NCBI GenBank assembly: GCA_903824505.1
Contig: CAIJXG010000136.1
Coordinates: forward strand, 1-48,702
DNA length: 48,702 nt
Source of the DNA: an uncultured Pseudomonadota bacterium
GTDB taxonomy: Bacteria > Pseudomonadota > Alphaproteobacteria > UBA9219
Reading direction: 5' to 3'
The notes beneath the pieces are model-generated. The model made no database searches, was not told the origin of the DNA, and saw only the letters and a list, made by a program, of their open reading frames with translations. The stretch's first letter is position 1, and each line of letters opens with the position of its first letter. Of this stretch, positions 27,983 through 38,160 are shown piece by piece. The translations under genes were made by a program, and so were the position numbers.

Positions 27983-28149
27983 AGGGGTTGAGTTGTTTCG
28001 AGGTTAGTGGTAAAGAAGGCGCGTAGTTTGGTTATCGCGTTTACTTTGAACTTGTCCTAGAGATACCTGCCTCGGCTTCGGGGTTCGTCTCTGGGGTTTT
28101 TCTGTTTGGGTAAAGAAGGGCGCGCGGTCGCCGGAAATTGGGGTTTGTT

Positions 28150-28458
28150 ATGAATGCACAAACAATACGTATCCGCTTAAAGGCGTTCGATCATCGGACG
28201 CTGGATCAGTCTGTGAGCGAGATCATCAGCACAGCTAAGCGCACGGGCGCTCAGGTGCGCGGTCCTATTCCGCTGCCGACATGGTTTGAGCGTTTTACGG
28301 TCAATCGCGGGCCTCACGTGGACAAGAAGTCCCGCGAGCAGTTCGAGATTCGTACGCACCGCCGTTTGTTGGACATCATCGAGCCAACACCGCAAACCAT
28401 TGACGCCTTGTCGAAGATTGATTTGGCTGCGGGCGTGGATGTGGAGATTAGAGTTTAG
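28150..28458 (+). CDS. rpsJ: 30S ribosomal protein S10
   Basis: [16 protein letters not shown]...GPIPLPT identifies S10. Confidence 0.97.
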   Translation: MNAQTIRIRLKAFDHRTLDQSVSEIISTAKRTGAQVRGPIPLPTWFERFTVNRGPHVDKKSREQFEIRTHRRLLDIIEPTPQTIDALSKIDLAAGVDVEIRV

Positions 28459-28515
28459 GTTACCGTCGGTGGCCTCCGCTTTGCGGGGGTGCTGAGGAAC
28501 AAAAGGGTTAGGAAA

Positions 28516-29241
28516 ATGACGCAGACAAAGACATCACAGCGCACGGGGCTGATCACGACAAAGCTCGGTATGACGCGCGTTTTCAGCGAAAAGGGCGAGC
28601 ACGTCCCCGTGACGGTGCTGAAGCTGGACGCCGTTCAGGTCGTGGGCGTGCGCACGCAGGAAAAGAATGGCTATACGGCGCTGCAGCTCGGCTATGGCAC
28701 GGCTAAGGTCAAGAATGTCGCCAAGGCGCAGCGCGAGACCTATGCCAAAGCTAAGGTTGAGCCAAAGAAAAAGCTTGTCGAATTTCGCGTCAGCCCCGAT
28801 GCGGTGCTTGAGATTGGCAGCGAATTATCGGCAACGCATTTTGTACCGGGCCAATATGTGGATGTCACCTCGACCAGTATCGGTAAGGGCTTCGCGGGTG
28901 TTATGAAGCGTTGGAATTTCAGGGGATTGCGTGCAACGCATGGCGTCTCGATCTCGCATCGCAGCCCGGGCTCGACGGGGCAGCGTCAGGATCCCGGTCG
29001 TACCTTTAAGGGCAAGAAAATGCCCGGCCATATGGGGGATCGTACGGTCACGACCCTAAATCTTCAAATTGTCTCGGTAGATCCGGAATTGGGCGTTGTT
29101 CTTGTGAGAGGCGCTATTCCCGGGGCCGAGGGCGCTTATGTCACCATCCGCGATGCGGTGAAGCGCGAGCGTCACAAAGACGCGCCGCTGCCAGCGGGAT
29201 TGAAGTCCATGACTTCGGGCAGCACTGAAGTGGCAGCGTAA
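28516..29241 (+). CDS. rplC: 50S ribosomal protein L3
   Basis: [15 protein letters not shown]...[13 protein letters not shown]...GHMG identifies L3. Confidence 0.97.
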   Translation: MTQTKTSQRTGLITTKLGMTRVFSEKGEHVPVTVLKLDAVQVVGVRTQEKNGYTALQLGYGTAKVKNVAKAQRETYAKAKVEPKKKLVEFRVSPDAVLEIGSELSATHFVPGQYVDVTSTSIGKGFAGVMKRWNFRGLRATHGVSISHRSPGSTGQRQDPGRTFKGKKMPGHMGDRTVTTLNLQIVSVDPELGVVLVRGAIPGAEGAYVTIRDAVKRERHKDAPLPAGLKSMTSGSTEVAA

Positions 29242-29255
29242 GGTAGGATTGGATC

Positions 29256-29894
29256 ATGCAAACAGCAGTCAAAAACCTCGAAAACAAGGAAGTCGGCACG
29301 CTCGAACTTCTGGACGCCGTCTTTGGCGTGGAGCCGCGCCGCGATATCCTGACTCGCACAGTAAATTGGCAGCTCGCCAAGCGGCGCTCTGGCAATCATA
29401 AAGCCAAGGGAATCAGCGAGATCAATGGCACAACCAAAAAGCCGTGGGCGCAGAAGGGGACGGGCCGCGCACGTCAAGGGAGCCTCCGCTCGCCACAATT
29501 TCGCAAGGGCGCGGTAATTTTTGGACCCGTCGTGCGCGACCACGCGCATGATTTGCCCAAGAAAGTTCGTGCGTTGGCTTTGCGTATGGCGCTCGCCTCC
29601 AAGCAAAAAGACGGCAAATTGATTGTTTTGGACTCCGCGAAGATCGATAGCCACAAGACGAAAGAATTGGCCGCGAAATTTGCAAAGCTTGGTCTGACCT
29701 CCGCGCTGATCATCGATGGCTCGAATTTGGACGAAAATTTTGCCAAGGCGACGCGCAACATGCCGCATATTGATGTGTTGCCCGAGCAAGGTGCGAATGT
29801 GTATGACATCCTCCGTCGGGATGTGCTGGTGCTGACGACCCATGCGGTCGAACAGCTGCAAGCCCGTCTGTCAGACGAAGGTAAGGGAGCTTAA
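29256..29894 (+). CDS. rplD: 50S ribosomal protein L4
   Basis: [31 protein letters not shown] identifies L4. Confidence 0.97.
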   Translation: MQTAVKNLENKEVGTLELLDAVFGVEPRRDILTRTVNWQLAKRRSGNHKAKGISEINGTTKKPWAQKGTGRARQGSLRSPQFRKGAVIFGPVVRDHAHDLPKKVRALALRMALASKQKDGKLIVLDSAKIDSHKTKELAAKFAKLGLTSALIIDGSNLDENFAKATRNMPHIDVLPEQGANVYDILRRDVLVLTTHAVEQLQARLSDEGKGA

Positions 29895-29895
29895 C

Positions 29896-30207
29896 ATGGT
29901 CGAGACAAAGAAAACGCCGACGGCGAATGATTATAGCGTGATTGTCGCTCCCGTGATTACGGAAAAGGCGAATAACAACACGGCCCATCGTCAATATACC
30001 TTTCGCGTCCTTAAAACTGCCACCAAGCCGGTGATCAAATCCGCGATTGAGGCTTTGTTTGGCGTCACTGTTACAAACGTGAATACGCATAATCGCCAAG
30101 GTAAAACAAAGCGCTTCAAAGGCCGCGTTGGGTTCCGTAGCGATGCAAAATTTGCGATCGTGACGCTGGCCGAAGGTAATAGTATTGACATGCAGACGGG
30201 CGTGTAA
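29896..30207 (+). CDS. rplW: 50S ribosomal protein L23
   Basis: YSVIVAPVITEKA...TFRVLKTATKPVIKSAIEALFGV identifies L23. The ATG lies directly after the rplD stop. Confidence 0.96.
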   Translation: MVETKKTPTANDYSVIVAPVITEKANNNTAHRQYTFRVLKTATKPVIKSAIEALFGVTVTNVNTHNRQGKTKRFKGRVGFRSDAKFAIVTLAEGNSIDMQTGV

Positions 30208-30225
30208 GGGAAGAGAGAGCAAGTC

Positions 30226-31068
30226 ATGGCACTGAAAACATACAATCCAATAACCCCGGGCCTTCGTCAGTTGGTTCGCGTTGACCGCTCCGAGCTTTGG
30301 AAAGGCAAGCCCGTCAAATCTTTGACGGAAGGCCTGAGCAAGACTGGCGGACGCAACAATCATGGGCGCATCACGACTCGCCATATCGGCGGCGGGCATG
30401 CGCGGCGCTATCGCTTGGTTGATTTCAAACGCCGGAAATTCATGGACGCGACGGTGGAGCGTTTGGAATATGATCCCAACCGCACGGCTTTTATCGCGCT
30501 CATCATCTATACTGACGGTACCCAATCTTACATTCTCGCCCCCCAACGTGTCAAAAAAGGCGATGTTGTGACGGCGGGGCCCAAGGTGGACGTAAAGCCC
30601 GGCAACGCGATGCTCATCAAGAACATCCCTGTCGGCACGATTGTGCATAATGTTGAACTGAAGCCCGGCAAGGGCGGCCAAATGGCGCGGTCAGCAGGGA
30701 CGTATGTTCAGATTGTCGGCCGTGATTCGGGCGTCGTGCAAATCAAGCTCAGCTCGGGTGAGGTTCGCCTCGTGCCGCAGGAATGTATGGCCACAGTCGG
30801 CTCGGTCTCGAACGCGGATCACGGAAACGAAAAGCGCGGTAAAGCGGGCGCGAATCGCTGGAAGGGCATTCGTCCGAGCGTGCGCGGTGTTGTGATGAAC
30901 CCCGTCGATCATCCTCATGGGGGTGGTGAGGGTAAATCCTCTGGGGGCCGTCATCCGGTCACGCCGTGGGGCAAGGGAACCAAGGGCCGCAAGACACGGA
31001 ACAACAAGCGGACCGATCACTGGATTATCCGTCGTGCGAATAAGCGGCGCGACAGCCAGACATCGTAA
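30226..31068 (+). CDS. rplB: 50S ribosomal protein L2
   Basis: [18 protein letters not shown]...[14 protein letters not shown] identifies L2. Confidence 0.98.
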   Translation: MALKTYNPITPGLRQLVRVDRSELWKGKPVKSLTEGLSKTGGRNNHGRITTRHIGGGHARRYRLVDFKRRKFMDATVERLEYDPNRTAFIALIIYTDGTQSYILAPQRVKKGDVVTAGPKVDVKPGNAMLIKNIPVGTIVHNVELKPGKGGQMARSAGTYVQIVGRDSGVVQIKLSSGEVRLVPQECMATVGSVSNADHGNEKRGKAGANRWKGIRPSVRGVVMNPVDHPHGGGEGKSSGGRHPVTPWGKGTKGRKTRNNKRTDHWIIRRANKRRDSQTS

Positions 31069-31088
31069 CAAAAGGGTAAGGAAAGACA

Positions 31089-31370
31089 ATGGCACGTTCG
31101 GTTTGGAAAGGTCCGTTTGTAGACGGGTATATGATGAAGAAGGCTGACAAGGCGCGTGCGTCGGGTCGGAACGAGATCATCAAGATCTGGTCGCGACGCT
31201 CGACGATTTTGCCGCAGTTCGTCGGTTTGACCTTTGGTGTTTATAACGGCAACAAGTTTCTGCCCGTTTCAGTGACCGAGAACATGATCGGTCACAAATT
31301 CGGTGAATTCGCGCCCACGCGCACCTTCAAGGCGCATAGCGCGGCCGAGAAGAAGACCGAGAAGAAGTAA
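31089..31370 (+). CDS. rpsS: 30S ribosomal protein S19
   Basis: [12 protein letters not shown]...[13 protein letters not shown] identifies S19. Confidence 0.98.
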   Translation: MARSVWKGPFVDGYMMKKADKARASGRNEIIKIWSRRSTILPQFVGLTFGVYNGNKFLPVSVTENMIGHKFGEFAPTRTFKAHSAAEKKTEKK

Positions 31371-31383
31371 GGAGTTTTAAGTT

Positions 31384-31809
31384 ATGGCCTTCTTAAAAGA
31401 AACATTGCGCCGCGAAGGCGGTGCGCTCGCCAAGGCGAAAGCCTTGCGTACTAGCGCCCGCAAACTGAATCTTGTCGCGGCAAGCATTCGGGGCAAGTCT
31501 GCTGGGGCAGCTCTGACGCAGTTGGCCTTCGAAAAGCGCCGCATTGCGGATGAGGTGCACAAGGTTTTGAAGGCTGCCGTAGCAAACGCTGAACAAAATC
31601 ATGCGCTCGACGTAGATAAGCTTTATGTCGCTGAGGCGTGGGTTGGCCGCGCTTTTGTGATGAAGCGTTTCCACGCTCGCGGCCGCGGTAAAAGCGCCGG
31701 CATTGAAAAGCCTTTTAGCAATTTGACCATTGTCGTCAAAGAGCGTGAAAACGATACGGAACTGTCCACGAAGCGCGTGCGCAGCTTCTCCAAAAAAGCG
31801 GGAGCCTAA
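31384..31809 (+). CDS. rplV: 50S ribosomal protein L22
   Basis: [14 protein letters not shown]...[23 protein letters not shown] identifies L22. Confidence 0.96.
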   Translation: MAFLKETLRREGGALAKAKALRTSARKLNLVAASIRGKSAGAALTQLAFEKRRIADEVHKVLKAAVANAEQNHALDVDKLYVAEAWVGRAFVMKRFHARGRGKSAGIEKPFSNLTIVVKERENDTELSTKRVRSFSKKAGA

Positions 31810-31812
31810 CAG

Positions 31813-32499
31813 ATGGGTCAGAAAGTCAATCCAATCGGTATGCGTCTGGGGATTAACCGGACATGGGACAGCCGCTGGTTCGCTCATCATGGGAATTACG
31901 CGAAGCTTCTCCATGAAGATTTGCGTATCCGTGCCTATCTGATGAAGCAGATCGGCAAGAGCGCGAGCGTCGCCAAGATCGTGATCGAACGTCCGGCTAA
32001 GCTGGCTCGGGTGACAATCCACTCGGCGCGTCCGGGCGTGATCATCGGCAAAAAAGGCGCGGATATCGAAAAGCTGCGGACTGAATTGGCGAAGATTACG
32101 AGCGCCGAAGTGAATTTGAACATTGTTGAAATTCGCAAGCCAGATATCGACGCGAAGTTAGTTGCCGCGAACATCGCGGATCAGCTGGAACGCCGCATCG
32201 GTTTCCGTCGGGCCATGAAACGCGCTGTGCAACAAGCCTTGCGCGCAGGGGCCTTGGGGATCCGGATCAATTGCGGTGGCCGTCTGGGCGGCGCGGAAAT
32301 CGCGCGCATGGAATGGTACCGCGAAGGACGTGTGCCTTTGCATACGCTCCGCGCGGATATGGATTACGGCACCGCGACGGCTTTCACGACCATGGGGGCG
32401 TGCGGCGTCAAGGTTTGGATTTTCCGTGGCGAGATTCTGGAACATGATCCGATGGCGCAGGATAAGCGCCTGTCGGACAGCCAGCCGCATCGTTCGTAA
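31813..32499 (+). CDS. rpsC: 30S ribosomal protein S3
   Basis: [13 protein letters not shown]...[10 protein letters not shown] identifies S3. Confidence 0.98.
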   Translation: MGQKVNPIGMRLGINRTWDSRWFAHHGNYAKLLHEDLRIRAYLMKQIGKSASVAKIVIERPAKLARVTIHSARPGVIIGKKGADIEKLRTELAKITSAEVNLNIVEIRKPDIDAKLVAANIADQLERRIGFRRAMKRAVQQALRAGALGIRINCGGRLGGAEIARMEWYREGRVPLHTLRADMDYGTATAFTTMGACGVKVWIFRGEILEHDPMAQDKRLSDSQPHRS

Positions 32500-32520
32500 G
32501 AGGGACATAGGTTAACTGCC

Positions 32521-32934
32521 ATGATGCAACCAAAGAACACCAAGTTTCGTAAGGCGCATAAGGGGCGCATTCATGGCGTGGCCAAGGGTGGCTTTCGCCT
32601 GAGCTATGGCGCATTCGGCCTGAAAGCGTTGGAGCCGGAACGGATCACAGCACGTCAGATTGAAGCAGCCCGTCGGGCGATCACCCGTGCGATGAAACGT
32701 CAGGGCCGTCTGTGGATCCTGATTTTTCCGGACATTCCCGTCTCGCGCAAGCCAGCGGAAGTCCGTATGGGATCGGGTAAAGGAAGCCCTGAATTTTGGG
32801 TCGCACGGGTTCACCCGGGGCGCATCATGTTTGAGCTGGACGGCGTGCCGGAAAATGTGGCAAGAGAAGCCTTCGCTTTGGCGGCCGCAAAATTGCCAAT
32901 CAAGACGAAGGTCGTTCAGCGTATGGCGGCGTAA
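32521..32934 (+). CDS. rplP: 50S ribosomal protein L16
   Basis: [18 protein letters not shown]...[14 protein letters not shown] identifies L16. The start could be 32521 or 32524. Confidence 0.97.
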   Translation: MMQPKNTKFRKAHKGRIHGVAKGGFRLSYGAFGLKALEPERITARQIEAARRAITRAMKRQGRLWILIFPDIPVSRKPAEVRMGSGKGSPEFWVARVHPGRIMFELDGVPENVAREAFALAAAKLPIKTKVVQRMAA

Positions 32935-32945
32935 GGGGATAAGAT

Positions 32946-33167
32946 ATGGGAAAGAACACAGTCAAAACCGCCGATGTGCGGATCAAGACGGACAAGGAGC
33001 TGGACACGCGCCTCGCCGAGCTGAATAAGGAGCGTTTTAACCTACGCTTCCAGCAGGCGACGGGGCAGTTGGCCAACACCGCCCGCGTGGCGCATGTCCG
33101 TAAGGAAATTGCGAAAATTAGCACCGTGGTGGGCCAGCGTCAGCGCGCCGCCGCTAAGACAAAGTAA
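32946..33167 (+). CDS. rpmC: 50S ribosomal protein L29
   Basis: [34 protein letters not shown] identifies L29. Confidence 0.95.
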   Translation: MGKNTVKTADVRIKTDKELDTRLAELNKERFNLRFQQATGQLANTARVAHVRKEIAKISTVVGQRQRAAAKTK

Positions 33168-33177
33168 GGGGAAAAAC

Positions 33178-33420
33178 ATGCCACGTCGCGTTTTGCAGGG
33201 TACGGTTGTTAGTGACAAGGGCGATAAGACCATCACGGTCTTGGTCGAACGTCGAATCATGCACCCGATTTACAAGAAATATATCCGTAAATCGAAGAAA
33301 TATGCCGCTCATGACGAAACCAACAGCCGCAAAGTCGGCGATGCGGTCTCGATCATCGAATGTGCCCCCATCAGCAAGCGTAAGCGGTGGGTGTTGGTGG
33401 AAGACAAGGCGGCGACGTAA
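33178..33420 (+). CDS. rpsQ: 30S ribosomal protein S17
   Basis: [26 protein letters not shown]...HPIYKKY identifies S17. Confidence 0.96.
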   Translation: MPRRVLQGTVVSDKGDKTITVLVERRIMHPIYKKYIRKSKKYAAHDETNSRKVGDAVSIIECAPISKRKRWVLVEDKAAT

Positions 33421-33445
33421 CAGGGTTTAGAAATAGGATCATCCC

Positions 33446-33814
33446 ATGATACAAATGGAATCAGTCCTTGATGTAGCAGACAACAGCGGTGCGAAAGCCG
33501 TTCTGTGCATCAAGGTTCTTGGCGGCTCGAAGCGCAAAACGGCAGGGATCGGCGATATCATCGTTGTCTCCATCCGCGAAGCGATTCCGCGCGGCAAGGT
33601 ACAGAAGGGCACTGTGCACAAGGCTGTTATTGTGCGCCAGCGTTTCGCGCTGCGCCGTAAGGACGGCAGCACCATCCGCTTCGACCGCAACGCGGCCGTC
33701 TTGATCAACAAGGATAAGGAGCCGATCGGCACCCGTATCTTTGGGCCGGTGACGCGCGAATTGCGGACCTTGGGCTTTATGAAGATTATCTCGCTGGCAG
33801 AGGAAGTATTGTGA
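33446..33814 (+). CDS. rplN: 50S ribosomal protein L14
   Basis: [17 protein letters not shown]...GPVTRELR identifies L14. Confidence 0.98.
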   Translation: MIQMESVLDVADNSGAKAVLCIKVLGGSKRKTAGIGDIIVVSIREAIPRGKVQKGTVHKAVIVRQRFALRRKDGSTIRFDRNAAVLINKDKEPIGTRIFGPVTRELRTLGFMKIISLAEEVL

Positions 33815-34128
33815 TGCCGAAGATGAAGATCAAAACAAAGGACCGCGTGATTGTCCTGACGGGAAAAGACAAAGGTAAGATTGGCGAAATCACCGCCGTT
33901 TTGCCTAAGGAAAACCGCGTTTTCGTGTCGGGTGTGAATATGGTCTCGCGCCATACGCGTCCGTCTCAGACGAATCCCGAAGGCGGGATTATCCGTCGCG
34001 AGGCTTCCATCCACGCGTCGAACGTCGCGCTGGTGGATCCGAAGACGAACAAGCCGACGCGTGTGGGCTACACCGTGATTGGGGAAAAGAAAACCCGCAT
34101 TGCGCGCCGTTCGGGCGAGCAGGTTTAA
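33814..34128 (+). CDS. rplX: 50S ribosomal protein L24
   Basis: [20 protein letters not shown] identifies L24. The ATG overlaps the rplN TGA, and an alternative GTG start exists at 33811. Confidence 0.95.
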   Translation: MPKMKIKTKDRVIVLTGKDKGKIGEITAVLPKENRVFVSGVNMVSRHTRPSQTNPEGGIIRREASIHASNVALVDPKTNKPTRVGYTVIGEKKTRIARRSGEQV

Positions 34129-34144
34129 GGGGCAGGGGACACAC

Positions 34145-34711
34145 ATGGTTGCAGCGAAAAAAGAAAAATACGTGCCGCGTTTTGAAACGCGTTACAAAGA
34201 AAAGATCAAGGCGGATCTGATCAAGAAGTTCGGATATTCGAACGGCTTGCAGGTGCCGCGGTTGGAAAAAATCGTCATCAATATGGGCGTGGGCGAAGCC
34301 GTCAATGACAGCAAGAAGTCCAAGAACGCGGCCGAGGAATTGGCTCTGATCGCGGGACAAAAGCCCGTCATCACCAAGTCGCGCAAAGCGATTGCGAGCT
34401 TCAAGCTGCGCGGCGGTTTGGGCATTGGGGCTAAGGTTACCCTGCGCCGCGAACGTATGTACGAATTTCTGGATCGTCTGGTCACCATCGCGCTGCCGCG
34501 CGTTCGCGATTTTCGGGGAGTCTCGCTGAAAAGCTTTGATGGCAACGGCAACTACGCGCTGGGGCTGAAGGAGCAGATCGTGTTTCCTGAAATCGACTAT
34601 GACAAGATCGATGAAATCCGCGGGATGGACATTGTCATCTGCACCACGGCGAAGACGGACGACGAAGCGCGCGAATTGCTGCGGGCTTTTGATATGCCGT
34701 TTCAGCCCTAA
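34145..34711 (+). CDS. rplE: 50S ribosomal protein L5
   Basis: [16 protein letters not shown]...RDFRG...[16 protein letters not shown] identifies L5. Confidence 0.97.
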   Translation: MVAAKKEKYVPRFETRYKEKIKADLIKKFGYSNGLQVPRLEKIVINMGVGEAVNDSKKSKNAAEELALIAGQKPVITKSRKAIASFKLRGGLGIGAKVTLRRERMYEFLDRLVTIALPRVRDFRGVSLKSFDGNGNYALGLKEQIVFPEIDYDKIDEIRGMDIVICTTAKTDDEARELLRAFDMPFQP

Positions 34712-34722
34712 GGAGAGAACGT

Positions 34723-35028
34723 ATGGCTAAAAAGTGCATGATCGAGAAAGAAGGCAAGCGTCAGGCTTTGGCGAAGCAATACGCCAAGCGCCGCGCGGCC
34801 TTGAAAGCGACGATCAAGGATCAAGATACCGATATGGAAGAGCGTTTTGCTGCCGTCATGGCGCTGGCTAAACTGCCGCGCAACAGCGCGAAAGTTCGTC
34901 AGCGTAACCGCTGCGAATTGACGGGGCGTCCGCGCGGAACCTATCGCAAGTTTAAACTGTGTCGCATCAAGCTGCGTGAATTGGCCTCGGCGGGCTATAT
35001 TCCCGGCGTCGTTAAGTCAAGCTGGTAA
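34723..35028 (+). CDS. rpsN: 30S ribosomal protein S14 (long, non-zinc type)
   Basis: The product is 101 aa, with [41 protein letters not shown]. Confidence 0.96.
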   Translation: MAKKCMIEKEGKRQALAKQYAKRRAALKATIKDQDTDMEERFAAVMALAKLPRNSAKVRQRNRCELTGRPRGTYRKFKLCRIKLRELASAGYIPGVVKSSW

Positions 35029-35042
35029 GGAAGGGATCGTCG

Positions 35043-35444
35043 ATGTCTGTTGTCACCGATACGTTGGGCGATATGTTGACCCGAATCCGTAATGGCCAAA
35101 TGGCCCGGATGCCGGTCGTGAGCTGCCCCGCCTCGCGCCACCGCAAGGATGTTTTAGAAACCCTGACTCGCGAAGGCTATATCCGCGGCTTTTCGGAAAC
35201 GAAAAAGACAAAGGGGCCAGCTCTTTTGCAAATCGAGCTGAAATATCACGAAGGAGAGCCGGGCATTCGGAAGATTCAGCGCGTCTCCACACCCGGTCGC
35301 CGAGTCTACAAAGGCATTGGCGATCTAGATCGCGTGTTTAACGGTCTTGGGATTTATATCCTGTCCACTCCGCGCGGTGTTTTGTCGGATAACGAAGCCC
35401 GCACGCAGCATGTCGGCGGCGAAGTTTTGTGCCGCGTGTTCTGA
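35043..35444 (+). CDS. rpsH: 30S ribosomal protein S8
   Basis: DTLGDMLTRIRNGQMA...GGEVLCRVF identifies S8. Confidence 0.97.
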   Translation: MSVVTDTLGDMLTRIRNGQMARMPVVSCPASRHRKDVLETLTREGYIRGFSETKKTKGPALLQIELKYHEGEPGIRKIQRVSTPGRRVYKGIGDLDRVFNGLGIYILSTPRGVLSDNEARTQHVGGEVLCRVF

Positions 35445-35471
35445 TTTTGTTTTTTTAGGTGAGGATCTGCG

Positions 35472-36005
35472 ATGTCTCGCGTTGGTAAATATCCTGTAGC
35501 CCTGCCGCAAGGCGTGACGGCGGAAGTCAAAGGTCAAACGGTCTGTGTCAAGGGAAAGATGGGCGATCTGTCTTTGCCTTTGTCGCCTGATGTTGTCGTT
35601 GTGGTCGCGGAGGGCACTGTTGCTGTTTCGATGCGTCAGGACAGCGCGCGAGCGCGGGTGCTGTGGGGCACCACGCGCAACAACATCAAGAATATGGTTG
35701 TAGGCGTCACGGAAGGTTTCAAGACTGTTCTTGAAATTGAAGGCGTCGGCTTCAAGGCGGCCATGCAGGGCAAAGAACTTGTTCTGAATCTGGGCTTCAG
35801 CCATGAGGTTCGTTTCACCCCGCCCGAAGGCATCACGATCAAGGCCGAAAAGCCGACCGTTTTGTCGATCACTGGCATCGACAAGCAGAAAGTCGGCCAA
35901 GTCGCAGCGGAAATTCGCGGTTTTAAAAAGCCGGAACCTTACAAGGGTAAGGGCATCAAATATCAGGGCGAACGCGTTCGCCGCAAGGAAGGGAAGAAGA
36001 AGTGA
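35472..36005 (+). CDS. rplF: 50S ribosomal protein L6
   Basis: MSRVGKYPVALPQGV...KKPEPYKGKGIKYQGE identifies L6. Confidence 0.97.
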   Translation: MSRVGKYPVALPQGVTAEVKGQTVCVKGKMGDLSLPLSPDVVVVVAEGTVAVSMRQDSARARVLWGTTRNNIKNMVVGVTEGFKTVLEIEGVGFKAAMQGKELVLNLGFSHEVRFTPPEGITIKAEKPTVLSITGIDKQKVGQVAAEIRGFKKPEPYKGKGIKYQGERVRRKEGKKK

Positions 36006-36014
36006 CGTCCTAGG

Positions 36015-36045
36015 GGCGTGATCCTCGCGAAAGCGGGGATCCATC
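36015..36045. repeat. GATCCTCGC-GAAA-GCGGGGATC palindromic element in the rplF-rplR spacer
   Basis: A 9-bp stem (one G-T pair) carries a GAAA loop. It resembles the CGTCAT.CCGCG...CGGGGAT elements at 24512-24537 and 7614-7667. It expands the rplF-rplR spacer to 122 nt. Confidence 0.65.
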
Positions 36046-36127
36046 GCCGAGCGTCCGCGAGGCCAAAAAGCACACGGACAGCCAGCGATGCAAAGAACTG
36101 GAAACTTTGGGTTATAGGGTTACGAAC

Positions 36128-36490
36128 ATGCTCACATCAAAAGAACTTCACGAACGTCGTGCGCGGCGCAATCGCTACCAGATCACGCAAAAGGCGCATG
36201 GGCGTCTGCGCTTGTCCGTTCATCGCTCGGGGAAGAATATCTCCGTTCAGTTGATCGACGATACGGAAGGCAAGACTCTGGTTGCGGCCTCGACTCTGGA
36301 AGAGGAACTGCGGAAAAAGCTGAAGACGGGCGCGGATAAGACGGCGGCGCGGGCCGTCGGCGCGTTGGTTGCGGAACGGGCGCTTAAGGCCGGTTTCAAA
36401 GAAGTCGTTTTTGATCGCGGCGGCTATCTGTATCACGGACGTGTCAAGGAATTGGCCGAGGCCGCGCGCGAAGCCGGACTCTCTTTCTAA
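36128..36490 (+). CDS. rplR: 50S ribosomal protein L18
   Basis: [18 protein letters not shown]...[25 protein letters not shown] identifies L18. Confidence 0.96.
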   Translation: MLTSKELHERRARRNRYQITQKAHGRLRLSVHRSGKNISVQLIDDTEGKTLVAASTLEEELRKKLKTGADKTAARAVGALVAERALKAGFKEVVFDRGGYLYHGRVKELAEAAREAGLSF

Positions 36491-36522
36491 TCAAGTTCTC
36501 ATCGGGGTTCACAGGGGATACC

Positions 36523-37095
36523 ATGGCAAAGCCAGACAAAGCATCGAAGAAAACAGACAGAAGTGAAGACCGCGAGTCCGAAGGCTTCACCGACCGTTTG
36601 ATCGGTGTCAAGCGCGTCACAAGCGTGACCAAGGGCGGTAAGAACTTCAAGATGCTGGCGATGGTCGTGATTGGCGATCAAAAAGGCCGGATCGGCTATG
36701 GCACAGGCAAGGCGCGGGAAGTTCCTGAAGCTGTCCAAAAGGCAACGAACGCCGCCAAGCGCAAAATGGTGCGGATTCCCTTGCGCGAAGGCCGCACGCT
36801 GCATCACGATGTGCAGGGTCGTTTCGGTGCGGGCAAGGTTGTGCTTCGCGCAGCTCCCGCCGGTACAGGCATCATCGCGGGCGGTCCTATGCGCGCGTTG
36901 TTTGAGGCGTTGGGGATCCATGACGTGGTCGCGAAATCGATTGGGTCATCGAATCCGCATAACATGATCAAGGCCGCTTTGTCGGCACTGACGCAGGTCG
37001 CCAGCCCACGCTCGGTCGCGCTGCGCCGTGGTAAGAAGGTGAATGAAATCCTCGGCAAGAAACAGGCGGATGAAACCCCTGCGGCCAAGGAATAA
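36523..37095 (+). CDS. rpsE: 30S ribosomal protein S5
   Basis: [12 protein letters not shown]...[12 protein letters not shown] identifies S5. Confidence 0.97.
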   Translation: MAKPDKASKKTDRSEDRESEGFTDRLIGVKRVTSVTKGGKNFKMLAMVVIGDQKGRIGYGTGKAREVPEAVQKATNAAKRKMVRIPLREGRTLHHDVQGRFGAGKVVLRAAPAGTGIIAGGPMRALFEALGIHDVVAKSIGSSNPHNMIKAALSALTQVASPRSVALRRGKKVNEILGKKQADETPAAKE

Positions 37096-37115
37096 AGAAT
37101 AGGAAAGAAAGACAC

Positions 37116-37325
37116 ATGGCACACACGCAAACACCATCCGCGAAAAGACTGATCGTTACCCAAACGGCTGGCGGAACAGGCCGAGGCCCTAAGATGCTGG
37201 AAACCCTGATCGGGCTTGGTCTTGGCAAAATCCGTGCCTCGCGCGAGCTGGAAGACACGCCCTCGGTTCGTGGTATGATTACCCGCGTGCGCCATTTGGT
37301 GACTGTGGAAGAGAAGAAAGGCTAA
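37116..37325 (+). CDS. rpmD: 50S ribosomal protein L30
   Basis: [33 protein letters not shown] identifies L30. Confidence 0.94.
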   Translation: MAHTQTPSAKRLIVTQTAGGTGRGPKMLETLIGLGLGKIRASRELEDTPSVRGMITRVRHLVTVEEKKG

Positions 37326-37329
37326 GAAA

Positions 37330-37812
37330 ATGAAACTCAACGATCTTCGTGATAATCCTGGCGCACGCAAGGCCCCCATCGTGGTTGGACGCGGCATTGG
37401 CTCTGGCAAGGGCAAGACCTGCGGCCGAGGCGTTAAAGGTCAAAAGGCGCGGAGCGGCGTCTCGATCAAGGGCTTTGAGGGCGGTCAGATGCCTCTCATT
37501 CGCCGCTTGCCGAAGCGCGGGTTTAAAAACATCTTCGCCAAGGAATATGCCGAGCTGAATCTCTGTATCCTCCAAGCTGCGGTCGATTCAGGGCGTATTG
37601 ATGCCGCTCAGCCGATCACCTCGGAAAGCCTGATGGCGTCCGGCGTTGCGCCCAAAGCACGGGATGGCGTTCGTCTGCTCGGCAAGGGCGTTTTGACCGC
37701 GAAATTGGCGCTGACCCTCGCGGGGGCGTCGAAATCAGCTGTTGAAGCGGTTGAAAAAGTGGGCGGCACGATTACCCTGACCGTCAAGCCCAAGGAAAAG
37801 AAGGCGGCGTGA
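37330..37812 (+). CDS. rplO: 50S ribosomal protein L15
   Basis: [14 protein letters not shown]...[24 protein letters not shown] identifies L15. Confidence 0.97.
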   Translation: MKLNDLRDNPGARKAPIVVGRGIGSGKGKTCGRGVKGQKARSGVSIKGFEGGQMPLIRRLPKRGFKNIFAKEYAELNLCILQAAVDSGRIDAAQPITSESLMASGVAPKARDGVRLLGKGVLTAKLALTLAGASKSAVEAVEKVGGTITLTVKPKEKKAA

Positions 37813-37847
37813 TTATAATGCCGTGCCGAATGATTTAATCTTTTAGG

Positions 37848-37996
37848 AATCACCTTCCGCGTCATGGACCGGCAATTCTAAAAGTATAGGAAAAGAGGCC
37901 TGCCCTACGGAAAGAGCGGTAGAATGCCATCCCCCTCGCGGGCCTCGACGCTGTGCGTCAAGCCCAGTGAGGTGGCGGGGATTCTACCGCTCTTCC
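37848..37996 (+). repeat. Complete repeat family A element (MITE-like)
   Basis: The element runs AATCACCTTCCGCGTCAT, then GCAATTCTAAAAGTATAGG, then an inverted-repeat pair GGAAAGAGCGGTAGAAT (37909-37925) / ATTCTACCGCTCTTCC (37981-37996) around a GC-rich ~55-nt core. That core is shared, inverted, with 42501-42557. Confidence 0.85.
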
Positions 37997-38040
37997 TCCC
38001 TTAGAGCTCTTCATCCTTTAAGATATAAAGCAATTCAAGG

Positions 38041-38160
38041 TATACTCGGGCACCTTCGGTCCCCGAACGTTTTGTCCGCGCAAAAGGCGCATCAGCTTCG
38101 CCCTCGCGCGTGTTTTGCACGGAATCGAATCCTTTCCGCTTTCCAAGAAACCCGAGTATA
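38041..38160. repeat. 120-bp MITE-like element with perfect 10-bp terminal inverted repeats TATACTCGGG/CCCGAGTATA (family B)
   Basis: The TIRs were read directly from the sequence. The right-arm sequence recurs, inverted, at 48564-48594. The left arm is related to 15350-15379 and 45677-45707. Confidence 0.8.

Noticed and set aside
37848-38160. The possibility that the clustered repeats form a CRISPR array.
   Set aside because: The repeats belong to different families, are inverted relative to each other and are not regularly spaced with unique spacers. No cas genes are nearby.
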